NCBI GenBank assembly: GCA_002633005.1
Contig: NMRA01000451.1
Span: 39,845-103,844, forward strand
Origin: Phoronis australis
Taxonomy: Eukaryota; Animalia; Phoronida
Direction of reading: 5' to 3'
DNA length: 64,000 nt
Shown: positions 12,801 through 24,078 of the stretch, piece after piece
How positions within the stretch are numbered: the stretch's first letter is position 1
How the letters are laid out: the number at the start of each line of letters is the position of its first letter
Notes under the pieces: generated by a model
What the model was told of the DNA's origin: nothing
The model's input: the letters and a program-made list of their open reading frames with translations, nothing else
Databases searched by the model: none
Program-made: the position numbers and the translations under genes

Positions 12801-14785
12801 TAATCGTAGGGCAATTGTAATGCAAACCGTGTTGCAAAAGTATTTTTTCACGACCATTTCATTGTAAAATGCTGCCTAATTGGAACCGACAAGCCAATTT
12901 TTCATTTTGTGGTGGTTAGTTTTGACAAGAAAATTGATGTGGTAAATACAGCTACCTCAAGTTTGTGAAGAAGAGATTTCCAGTGTTGTCAGCAATATTG
13001 CAAAATCACTTTTTCGCAGTTAGTCTACATCACCTTAAATGTAATTCCCTGACTTTATGAGCTTTGTGTGGTTGACTCTGTCCTGTAGCAATTAGAGTGT
13101 TGAAAAGATCTAGACGGTAATTTTTTATTAGAGTCATAACATTTGCACTTTTGACTGTACAGTTATCTTTGCATTATATTACGAAAACATACTTTGTAGT
13201 ACACAAGTCTCTGGTTCGTATTATATTTTTTTCACCAGGAATATTTTCAACTTAGATGAGTTGTCTGTGAGGTAGGCAATTTTCAAATAAGATAATGAAT
13301 AAAATTGTCAAACATTGTTTTATTTTTACATGTGTGATCTTCCAATAAGTGATTACTTTTAAAAAACCTGTGCAGAATTTGATTTTACTCTTCATTTGAA
13401 GGATAATAAATCCATGAACCTGCATTGTCTAGAAATTTTACTCAAACTACATATTAGAGAGTTGGGGATTGGAATCTTAATACAACAGAGTCTACACCCG
13501 TACCATGAGCACTACAACACAATACACGGATATAAAAATTTGGTGTTTATGTTCCACGGAAGGATTCGTGTGCACGGTAATAGTTACTAAGGTGCGTGGT
13601 CATTGTTTGTGGATACTTTAGGATTCCTTTTCTGCGGTCATCCACGGGAAACCTGGTCGCATAGAGAACAATAGATTAGCATCTTCATTGTTCCCGTTGT
13701 TATAATAAAGATACAATGACGAGCACTTATCGGCAACGGTCGGATGTACGCAAGGTTCTACGTGTATATCCATGCGACCTGTGTTGTTACATCCAACAAT
13801 GACACAACAAAGGAAAACAATGATAGGACCGCTGGCCAAAAAATATGCGATGAGTTGCCATGGACAGTGGTGGAGTTTGACTTGTCATTCGAATGTTTTT
13901 AGAGAACTGCAAACCCGGTATTTTGTCAGGAAAATTTCTGCGGTCTTTTGTTTTAAGTCGTGGGAAAAATTGCGGTCATGTAACCAAACTTATCATTCAT
14001 TTGATATTACAATGCATTACATGAACATTTGATCAACAGAAAATCTGACTTGAGTATGTTTGAAGAAATACCCATGAGGAAATTGCAAAGTAAAATAACT
14101 GTAAATCAAAATAACCTACATTTGTCGAGTTCATGTCTAACCCTGTTCACTGTGGAGGACATAATCGGCATTTTACAAAATGGAGCCATGTATGGTATTT
14201 AGGGGTACTATAGCCCTAAGTGATCAGTAGTAAAACGTTCAAAGCATTCAGGAGGAACTAACTTGTTGCAAAATATCGAAAAACATGAAGGGCAATCGGA
14301 TTTTACGGTGCTCACGCATCGATTTCAGATATATGAAAAATTTCTTTTTTAATACATTTGAGGTGCACAAAATATATAACTAATAAACTGGCTGACAAAG
14401 TTTTTATTTCATGAAATAAAAGTCACATGTTTTGTCAACATTTTGGCATAACAGTGGGGCAGATTTGGTACAGCAGTGTACTGAACACAACCTCAAAATG
14501 GCATAACGGGGGGGCAGTGTATTAAAACTACTAAATGAGGGTGGTAAATCGGAATTGCGTTTCAAGACATCTGTGTAACAATGTACAGGCACCACTAAAC
14601 AATGCCAAGTAAATAATAAATCGATAGCTTTCATTCAAGGAAAAATATGAACTATAGAAAAACGCAATATTTTGATTAAATATTTTACCGCTGTTTATAG
14701 ATACCATAGGTCTACCTATGTGCCAAATTTCGTGAAAATCGGCTCACCCCACCTTGCCGCTCATGGCTGGTGCTCTTGTGGACTA
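9883..14785 (+). mobile_element. Academ-like DNA transposon, decayed
   Basis: Imperfect TIRs (C/T)AGTCCAC...CAGCCA..AGCGGCAAGGTGGGG at both ends. Internal remnants include IYWR..HP.H, ISKGWVWK, IERGN, YSGW and CCRKLGL..NCLC (11930-12030). Confidence 0.65.
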
Positions 14786-15249
14786 GTACTTAAATTCGTC
14801 GTCACAATTACCGTACTGCCCCTCTAACTCTATAGTTACCACCACTTTCGAGGGGAACCTAAAGCGACGAAACAGGGACCCCTGTTTCATACAATGTCCT
14901 AAGTCTACCTTATTAAGGTCAGTGCCGGGAATCCCCGGTTGCTACAAATTTTGATTCATCCCCTCACGGATGAGATGTGAACCATATTTTGTCCAGAGCC
15001 CCAAGCAATAGCTTATTTAGCTAAATGGATAATAAGGACTACATACAGTACTAATCGTGAATAAATGACAGTATACCAACAACCCTGTCGCTATTCCCAA
15101 ACAGCACACTCATCCTAGTACCGTTACACCAGTTAGCTTTTTTGTAATTCCCAAAGCCTTTTGACTGTTCAATTGACACACAACAACAATGACCAGGTTG
15201 GTCACAATTCAGTTTTTATTGCTAACTGCTACAGAGTCAATACTAAGCA

Positions 15250-16020
15250 CCATTATGAAGTGAAACAACGTTCTGACACAGACTACACAGATGTGGATCT
15301 AGGGCGCTGCAGGAAGTAGCCAGAGCTTTGGAAGGAAAACGATAAAAGGTTATTCCAAATGTCATGCCAGCAATGTTTTCTTTCATAGAGCCACATGTGT
15401 GCATAGTGAGAGTGCTTAACTGGATTTCCAAAACTGTCTTTATAAGAAATAGTCACGGGCATGAGTAAAATACAGGTGGCAGGTCGCTTCTTATACATCT
15501 TTTTACTGTAGTGGATACTTCTCAGCATCTCCCGTAGGTACACCATGGTGACAATCACAGCTGATGATAGCCACCACCACCTACATGTAGTGAGCACACC
15601 AAGTTGAATACAATGACCTCATTCTCAGATATACTTATGTGAGGCTGGAAAAAACAAACCTCACTATTTTTGAGTTCAACATGAAAGGGATTGTTGTTTT
15701 CAACAACATTCTTATTGGTGTCAGTGATACTTAATGTACTTTATCAAAGGTTTTCAATTATGTCACCTATTAAACTTGTGAGATTCCTGGTGAAAGAAAA
15801 CAACAAGAAGGGACTTGATAACACAAACGTTTTGTAGAAACCGCTTCTGTTGCTTGAGGAAACGACAGTGCTTCTTGTCTTGAATTCAAAACATACCTGC
15901 ATGTGAAGAGATCGAACAGTGACTGTCACCCAAACCCATTCCTCTGCACATGGCTCAGAGTTGTAATCATGTTGCAACTGTTGCTGGACTCGTGTTGCCT
16001 GTTGCTGATGCAACGGTGAT
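15250..16020 (-). mobile_element. hAT (Ac/ZBED-like) transposase remnant
   Basis: YFLQRPRSTSV*SVSERCF resembles the hAT dimerisation motif; a VAT..NS trace lies near 15970. Confidence 0.5.
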
Positions 16021-16341
16021 GCGCACTACGATGATCCATTAAAAAACATGACAATCATACAAAATGCCAGTCTGAGCAGTACATGGATAACATTGATTTA
16101 TACTTTCCATAGGATATACATTGATGCAAAAGTGTGAGTGTGCCTCAAATTGAAACTTCACTGTTATAACTGTTTCTAGGCCCATTCAGCCGATTTCATA
16201 AAGGCGGTTTAAAGTTAAACCTGGTTTAAACTAGACTTAGACCAGGTTTAAAGATAATCTGCATTTCATGAAGGTGGTTTAACTTTTAGACCAGTGGTCT
16301 AGTAAAACCTGGTTTTACTCCAGTTTAGACCTGGTCTAAGT

Positions 16342-18112
16342 AACTGTGATATATATTTATTGAAGGATACACAGAGCATACAAAGAAATAATAACAAACC
16401 CAGAAACCGCGAAGCATTATATCTGGGTTGTAAACAATTCATCAATGAAACTTATATACATAGAGGTATATACACTTAAGTAGTATCTAAAATAAGTATT
16501 CCCATACTTAGACATGCTATTACAGATACATAAAAACAAAAATATGTACAGATTCATGTAGGGAAATCGGATGCAACAATATTGATAAACGGTACAAAAA
16601 AATTTGCTAACGTTGCTTAGGAGGAATTCGTTGAGAACGAAGTCAAGGTTAGGACTACCATTCAGTAATAATGTAACTCTAGTAGGGATATTATTACAAG
16701 AATTGAGAGCGTTAACAATTGATTGGTTATCATTGAGTGCACGAAAGAGTGAGTCTCTCAGGCATTCGATGAGGTGACATTTGAAGAAAAAATGAGGATA
16801 AGATTGAAGGTCACCACATCTACAGTTTGGAGAGACATTACTAAAGTTGTGCCTGAACTTGTCAGAGTTGAGGAAAAGGCCACATCTTGATCTGTACAAT
16901 GCTATTTCGTTATCGCAGGTAAGGGAAAATTGAGTCAAGGGAGTTGAGTTATCAAAATTATGAAAAACAGTTCTAAAATTATTTTTTATACTCGTAAAAG
17001 AGTTGCTTTCCTTAACAGAAACTGGAAGTGAATTCCAGTTGTTGATGCACATCATGACTGTAGACCTTCTGAATGCCTGACTGAACGACGGAGGAATTGC
17101 ATATGGGGTGGAGGATCTCAAATCACTACGATGGCCTTGTCTAGTATATTGTTGACATTGTTTATTACCTTGAAAGTGAATGTGGTCATGTGAAGATTGC
17201 GTCGAGTAGACAGTTTGGGCCACTTGAGACTATTCAAAACCTTAACACTATTGGATCCCCTGTAAGCTCCGGTTATGAGTAAGGCGGCTTGATACTGTAA
17301 CTTCTCCAAATGTTGGAGTGCACCCGTATTGGCAGACAGATATATAATATCACAATAATCAATGTGTGGAAGTACAAAGGATTTGAACAAAACTTCTAAA
17401 TGTGTAAATTCAGATGACGAGAGACAAGCTTAAGTGGGTTAATTAGTTCCTGAGTTTTTTGTACGAGCTCCCGAACATGAGGGGTGAATGAGAGTTTTTC
17501 ATCTAACAGTATACCCAGATGTCTGTGCGACTGTTTTCTAGGAATGATTTCATCATTAAGTTTAAGGTCATAAGACGGGTCAACAAGGAAGAGAGCATTA
17601 ATAGATTTGAAGAAGGTGAGGTCAACACTTTTTTCTGGTTTAAAATTCATTCTCCATTCTTGTGACCAATAGCTTAGTTTATTTAAGTAGCGTTGAAGCT
17701 GCAAAGAACATTCAGGGCTGCTCCCTACGAAGGGGTAAAAAAGCGCCGTGTCATCTGCATAAAGGTTTGTGCTACATGACAGGTAAGGTTATTAATATAA
17801 ACCAAGAAGTGAAGAGGGCCCGATACGCTACCCTGGGGTACACCTGCGTTTACAAATCCAGGAGGGGATAAAGTTGAAAGTACGCCGTCGAAACGAACAC
17901 TGTATGTTCTTTCGGAGAGATATGAGGTGATCATGTTTAAAAGATTACCAGTAATGCCATAGGATCGAAGTTTGTGAAGTACATGTAGAAGGTCGTGAGG
18001 GACACAGTCGAAAGCAGAAGCTATATCTAGAAAAATGGACCTGACACTCTCGCCCTGTGAAAATGTAAATGAATCTCATGTACTATTTCAACAAGTTGTG
18101 CCACGGTGCTGT
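16342..18112 (-). mobile_element. 5'-truncated CR1-group LINE (RT and C-terminal domain), frameshifted
   Basis: FLDIASAFDCVPH, GVPQGSVSGPL.FLVYIN, HLGILLDEKLSF, LEKLQYQAALLITGA, CRCG..QS..HFFFKC; AATAAA near the 3' end; TSD TCTAAGT. Confidence 0.9.
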
Positions 18113-18507
18113 TCTAAGTCTAAGTCAGTTTTCATTTCACCAACGAGGTCTATATTCTTTAGACCTGTATTAAGATCTTAAACCATGTTTAACTATAGGC
18201 TTGGTCAGACCCAGGTTTAACTGTTAAATATGTCAGACTTGCATGGTATAGGTTCAACAGTATGATGCCGCGGAGAGCATTTGCAACGCAGTTTTAGAGC
18301 TAAAAAGGAATATTTTCAATATTCAGTTTTACTATGACACAAGATCAAATGTAGCAGTGGCGGATCCAGGATGTTTTAAAGGGCGGGCGGTAAGGACTTT
18401 TTGAAAGGGGGGGCCAAGTCAACAACTTGAAAATTATAGATTTGGTATCACTAAAATCAACGGAAAAGGGGGGCTCCGGACCCCTTGACCCCCTGGATCT
18501 GCTTATG

Positions 18508-20208
18508 TCCCCAGTGCTGTTCAATATCTACACCTTCCCACTCGCCAGACTGAACTGCGCTGACTGCCGACTTAGCACCTTTGTAGACGACATGCTGCTG
18601 TCATCGCAAGGACAAACACATCTTGAGATTCTCCACAAAGCACAGTCTTCATTGATGAAAATCTGCGAGTTTTGTGCTACCAGCGGAATGAGCTGCAATG
18701 GAGACAAATGTGAAGCTCTCTTCTGTACTCTGGACAATCGCCTCAGTGTTGATGATTTCCCTTGCCCTACATACGATGGGAAGTTGATTACAACATCTGA
18801 CCACATGCGTCACTTGGGTGTAGAACTTGACCGCAGGCTTAACTTCACAACTCAAGTTAACAGTATGATCAGCCGTGCCAACAGAGGAATCAATGCCCTT
18901 AGGGCTGCGGCTGGTCGGAAGGCGGAGGAAAGGCACCTCGTCATGCTTGATAAAGCCCTGGTCACTTCGGTCTTCGACTACGCTCTCCCCATGATCAACA
19001 TCAGTAAAAATCAAATCAACAGACTTGAGAGGCTCCAGAACATTGGTCTTCGCGTCATCACTGGATGCACAAGATCTACGTCAGTCACAGCATTAGGTTA
19101 CCTTGTCGGTATTCCCAGCATTGCAGACAGACAATCCCTTCTACAAGGTATTACTGTAGCCAAGGCTGTTCAAAGCCCCTTCCATCCATTACACAGTCAA
19201 GTGAAGACTGCACTTGACAGGTGCGTGAACCCCGTCCCTGCAACAGAAACTTATGGACTTCGTCCTAGACCTTTTCGCAATGCCTCCCACCAAAGACTTA
19301 GCAGGTGCTCGTGGACTGTCGCTGCTGTTAATGCAACCATGGGTCTCATCGGTGAACACATGATCGCGCAAGATGCTGCTTGGCTGCCAGTACAAGAACT
19401 TGGTGAGGAACAAAATGTCATCATTGCTTTCAACAGAGAAGCTCGGGAATGGCCTCCTGGAGTAGCCCAAGTATTGTGCCGTCAGCAATGGCGTGATCTT
19501 GGCGGTATTAATGCCATCATTGTAGCAACTGATGGATCCTTCGATGGTGAAACTAATCGTGCGGGATGGGGTTATCAAATACGCTGTGCTAACAACGTCA
19601 TTGCGGAAGGTAGTGGTTGCCACCATGTATACACAAGCAGTACGCGGATGGAGTTTGAGGCTATACAACGTGCCCTAACCAAGCTGTCACTCCTAGACCT
19701 GGAGAATCACACCATTATCTTTGCCACCGATTTCATGGCTGTGTTGATGAAAGTTCAATCTGGAAACCTCCCAGCCAACTGGGGTGTCTTCCGATCACGC
19801 CACCCTCATCATGTAGTGATCTGGTCTTTCGTACCTGGCCACGCCGGTGTCTTGATTAATGAGCGTGCAGATTACCTCGCTGGCTCATGCACCACCAACC
19901 AACCCCTTTACTTATATTCGGCTGACGTTAAGCTGCTGGCCCACAAACGCAACCTCGATCAGACTGCATCCCAACTGGCTGAGTTCAATGATGGCAGCCG
20001 CCTGCTCGAAGCCGGTATTACTTATGGCCATGCTGCGAAGAGTCACAAGAAGAGCCGTGCCCGAGTGCTGTCTAATCAAATGCTTACAGGCAAGGTCAGC
20101 TCTGGAGTTCTGCGCCTTCTGCTGTCACGGGGATGGTCTGGGGATGGGATTAATGCACCAGCATATCCCCAATGATCCTGTCCGTGACAGGTATTACAGG
20201 TATTACAG
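18508..20208 (+). mobile_element. 5'-truncated non-LTR retrotransposon with RT C-half and RNase H, ORF uninterrupted (18508-20175)
   Basis: SPVLFNIY, FVDD and HLGVELDRRL, then RNase H motifs TDGS, SSTRME.EA, FATD and PGHAGV..NERAD. 3' tail of TATTACAGG repeats; TSD GCTTATG. Clade (I-group/Ingi-like versus RTEX) not resolved. Confidence 0.9.
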
Positions 20209-20849
20209 GCTTATGCGTAGACCAGTACTTGCTGGGGTGTGTCCTGTGGATTTCTCAGAATACGACTGGTCGAGCAGGGTGTCATCGTCGTAAGCGCTAC
20301 GGATTTGACTAAAGACAGCCTCGTCTGATTGTTATGACTGAGTTCCACCTCCACTGTTCTCCGATATAATGTTGCCAGGAAGGGGTCTTGCCCCCCCCCC
20401 CTTTGGCCGCGGACTTAAATAAACACTAAAATGACAAGGAAATAAATTTGGGCATGTAACATGTTACATCTAATCGGGAGCATGTTGTTTAATGTGTGTG
20501 AGTTGGGCACATAAATTACAGTTTTCCGTATGAGAAAAGCGTTTAGATGTTTTTCGTAAACGTCTGCACTGATTCTACTAGTGTATGCCATGGTATACCC
20601 ACGTGATCAAGGTTTCAATGAAGCACTTCAAGAGTTTCTTTGTTGGGGTGCCTTCGATACTTTAAACTTGGTTTTACTGAACCAGCTCCCTGGTCTAGCA
20701 AAACCAGGCTTTCAGACTCTTAAACCATGTTGGTGAAATGCAAGTCAGGTCAAAATTTAGACCAGGTTTAGAAAGGCCCGGTTTAAGTCTAAAACCTGGT
20801 TTTGTTAAACCGCCTAGATGAAATCGGCTGTTTCAGTTTAGTTCAGGTG

Positions 20850-21660
20850 TTAACTTGTCAAAAAATGGTGCTGGAAGTCTGATAACAGCCGACATTCAAG
20901 GCGGACAGATGTTTTTCGAAGCACTCGTGAGGCCTTCTGTCCCGTAAACTGATTGATTTTGTTTTTGATAAAATGAGTCTGGAAGGGCCAAGTCGCATAC
21001 TCAAATTCCGAGAAGAGGTGCATAAGATAGAAGCAAGCACTTTCATCAACCTTCCCGTCCTCAGACCCATATTTACCCAATCAAGAACATACCACCGATA
21101 GTACATAACCAATTAAAAATACTGAGTCACCTGAGATGTAAACTACTCAACCTTTATTAATGCTCCTACCGATCTGCCTTTGGCTGCACCCCTTTGCCTT
21201 TGAGGAGGTCCCATTCATGGTATATTATCATGTGACAATGCTATGACCACTCTCAGGGTCCAGCAATTTAAGAACCAGATTTCTCCACTAAATAACAGGC
21301 AGCCCGATTCTAACGTATGGTTTCGTTTGGTCTGAATTTTCTCCCAACAAGCTTCGGTCTACCAACACTACCCAAGTTTGCTAGCATATAAACCTGAGGT
21401 TGTCATCGTTCATCCACTGGTTTGTGTTCAAGTGGACTAGCTAGCTGACTAGTAGAGTATAGGATCCCTTATGATAAACGATGCTTTTCTTAATAATATG
21501 GCAATGAAAATCCACGAATAACTTTGCAATTAAATTCTGAAAATTGCCAGCAGGTAGAAATCCAATCCACGACCATCGAGTGACAAGCAGGGTATATCTA
21601 ATCACAGTAACAATACACTCAATTTTAGTAACAACATTGACAGACCTAAGCTACACTACA
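20850..21660 (+). pseudogene. EVE copy 1, C-terminal (pre-MTase/MTase) region of the L-like gene
   Basis: LLSRKLIDFVFDKMSLEGPSRILKFREEVHK is conserved with 37173-37300. TGLCSSG (21415-21436) resembles the G.xSS..K motif that precedes the MTase. Collinear with 37090-38300. Confidence 0.5.
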
Positions 21661-22154
21661 GATTTTATTCGACCCGAGCACAAGAATTGCTATCAAATTT
21701 AGTACGTAATTTCCCCCGGGTAATGGTTTCATCTAATTCTAAGCGTAATAGTTAGACTGTTAAGCTCATCAAAATGTTCAAGAAACGAATAAGTTACCTA
21801 GTTAAGGCAAACTTCTCTTCTTGAAGCACTAACGGAAAAAGCTGACTATTTGTCTCCAGTTTCCAAACGATAAAACAGCACAGCATTATGGGTAACTTTG
21901 CTTTGGTTTGTTTTCATCGCGCAGAAAATAAAAAATAAAATTAAAGTGTCTGCAAGCAGTAGATCGACCTCATACTTATGAAAAGCTCTAAATAATCATC
22001 AGAGAGTATGTTTCAATGGTTTCTGTGCAGATTCATTGCGCTTTTAAAAGGTATCATATGACTAAGTTACTGAGAAAAATCCAAACCGTCGCATTTCAAA
22101 AAAAAACACCTGGGTCAGATGTGGAAGGTTAACACACAGTGATACCTAGCCAGC

Positions 22155-22978
22155 CAGCTAGCTGTATGAAGACTGTCGTCAAAATACAGCTAGGTACCAC
22201 TGTGTGGTTTTCTTCCCTAGACCCCGAAATTGCACACAGACAGGGTAATTCTGCTCGTCACCTCGCCGTGAAACTTGTAACAACATGTAAAGCTAAAAAC
22301 CGGACGGGGTGCATGCAAAATCTGGGAATCAACCGACACTCACCTTGCCCGTTACAGCCGTTTAAGTGAAAAACAATGCAATAAACAATGCGTAACTCTC
22401 CACCTTTTCTAACAATGAAAAGTATGTCGTCGTTTTGAAAACAGTGCGCTCGTGTCACGCGCACGCGCCATTTCCTGAATTGTTGAGACATATTTCAGGA
22501 GATGATGATAGCTTGGCAGCAGCAAAATTTCTTCTGAAATTCGGTTTTTCGGTATCATAATTCTGAAAACTTATAATGAAGTGAAACCAGTTCCCAATAA
22601 TTTGTTGTGACGTGTACGCAACGTCGTAAAAGAACAACAGTTGAGTGAAGAATGGGCGAAAAAAGAAACTGGCCAATAGGTGACGCAATATTTCATGGTG
22701 CCGAAAACCGTTGCTAAAGGTCGCTCCACAACTTTAGCAGTGGAATAACGGTAGAACGCCATTTTTTTCAACACCGTTGAATAATTTAGTTTACTCAAGG
22801 AAGACTGTAGTTTTTAGTGACACTTATTTTGTGCCAGATTTTATTTTACCACTTTTTTAACCAGATCGGTGCAAAGCTGTATACTAAATACATGTATACA
22901 GCTTCGCAATGATGTGGGTAAACAAGTATCAAGGCTAGTGGTACCTAGCTGTTACGATAGCTTTCATACAGCTTGCTG
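22155..22978. mobile_element. MITE with about 45-bp imperfect TIRs
   Basis: Left CAGCTAGCTGTATGAAGAC..ACAGCTAGGTACCACT versus right AGTGGTACCTAGCTGT..CTTTCATACAGCTTGCTG. Confidence 0.6.
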
Positions 22979-23113
22979 TTTAACCGGATTCATCAACATA
23001 AGCACACTAACAATGACACTTATCTTGAATTCGCACAAACGTAGTACACCAAATATTAAAAAATGAGTCCAAGCTCGAGTTTGAGTACAAAGATGAGATC
23101 ATGGGTTCTTGAG

Positions 23114-23896
23114 TTAGTATCGTGCCTTACTTCTAAGAGGAACACCCTTGCAAGTATGTTCCTTGTCTTTCTTTAACTCTGCCTTTTGCGTGTACAAGTA
23201 GCATTTGGTGTTATCAATTTGGGCGTTGATACCATATTTGTGCATACAAAGCGCATTGATGGTCGTCGCAAACTTTTCCGTGAGAACCGGGATCGTAAGA
23301 AACGGTTTCCGTGGCTTCATAAAACTCAGTGGCTCATTTTCTGCTACAATAGTCAAGTCGCTGCCAAGTAATCGGGAAACCTCTATACTTTCCTTTTTGA
23401 GTGGATGTGGGAAAGTGAAATCGACAAATGCCAGTTCAAAAGGGTTCGTACTAATCTTTCTATAGTTCACCTCATCTCGATCGAAATAGAAAACAAATAA
23501 ATTGAGCAAGAATTTCGCTCTTGTCGATCTTTGTGTTATCTTCTCCAATTCATTGCGACATTTTGTGAATTGTGCTGACGAAGATATATCATCCCTATGA
23601 AATGGTTCATGTAAGAGTTTATCCAGTGTTTCTGACATGGAGTATGACTCTATTGGCGCGATTGGTTCCAAGTCGTAACCACATCCATAAATTCCAAATT
23701 TAACGTCTCCCTTGTAGTTTAGAGATTCGATGACTTTTCTTATAAACAGCGCAATGTGGAAGTGCCATTTCTTAAATCGTACAGCGCCTCTTGCTGTATC
23801 GACAACTATGAAGACATCTGCGCCTAAGCATATTGGTTGAGGTAAAGCATGTGCCGAAAGATGCAAAAGCACGATGACTATCGTTTCAGTATACAT
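23114..23896 (-). CDS. Intronless secreted protein with a divergent VWA-like domain (260 aa)
   Basis: ATG start, signal peptide MYTETIVIVLLHLSAHA, then C..ADVFIVVD (VWA beta-A), F..FIRKVIESL..VKFGIY (helix plus beta-B). MIDAS DxSxS is replaced by DTARG. A paralogue exists at 2724-3152. Confidence 0.8.
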   Translation of the reverse strand: MYTETIVIVLLHLSAHALPQPICLGADVFIVVDTARGAVRFKKWHFHIALFIRKVIESLNYKGDVKFGIYGCGYDLEPIAPIESYSMSETLDKLLHEPFHRDDISSSAQFTKCRNELEKITQRSTRAKFLLNLFVFYFDRDEVNYRKISTNPFELAFVDFTFPHPLKKESIEVSRLLGSDLTIVAENEPLSFMKPRKPFLTIPVLTEKFATTINALCMHKYGINAQIDNTKCYLYTQKAELKKDKEHTCKGVPLRSKARY

Positions 23897-24078
23897 TGTT
23901 CATGAACATAACAAAACATGTTGTCAACACATCTCCTATCCATGAAGCAGAAACCGTATTCATGATGACACGTCGCGTAAATCAAGCGAAGAAACGCGGA
24001 TCGAAAAGAAGAAATGTGATTTGTGGAACACAAGCAGACCAATTTCCGAATGACTCAAAACCATAGAACAAACATAAG

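Larger units (their letters stand above)
16187..20830. mobile_element. PIF/Harbinger-like element copy B carrying two nested LINEs
   Basis: Same TIRs as copy A; collinear with copy A once 16342-18112 and 18508-20208 are removed; flanks ATT/TTT. Confidence 0.85.

Noticed and set aside
21380-21450. Ulp1-protease-like LNTNQWMNDD on the minus strand
   Set aside because: No downstream His/Asp/Cys catalytic motifs; antisense to the EVE.
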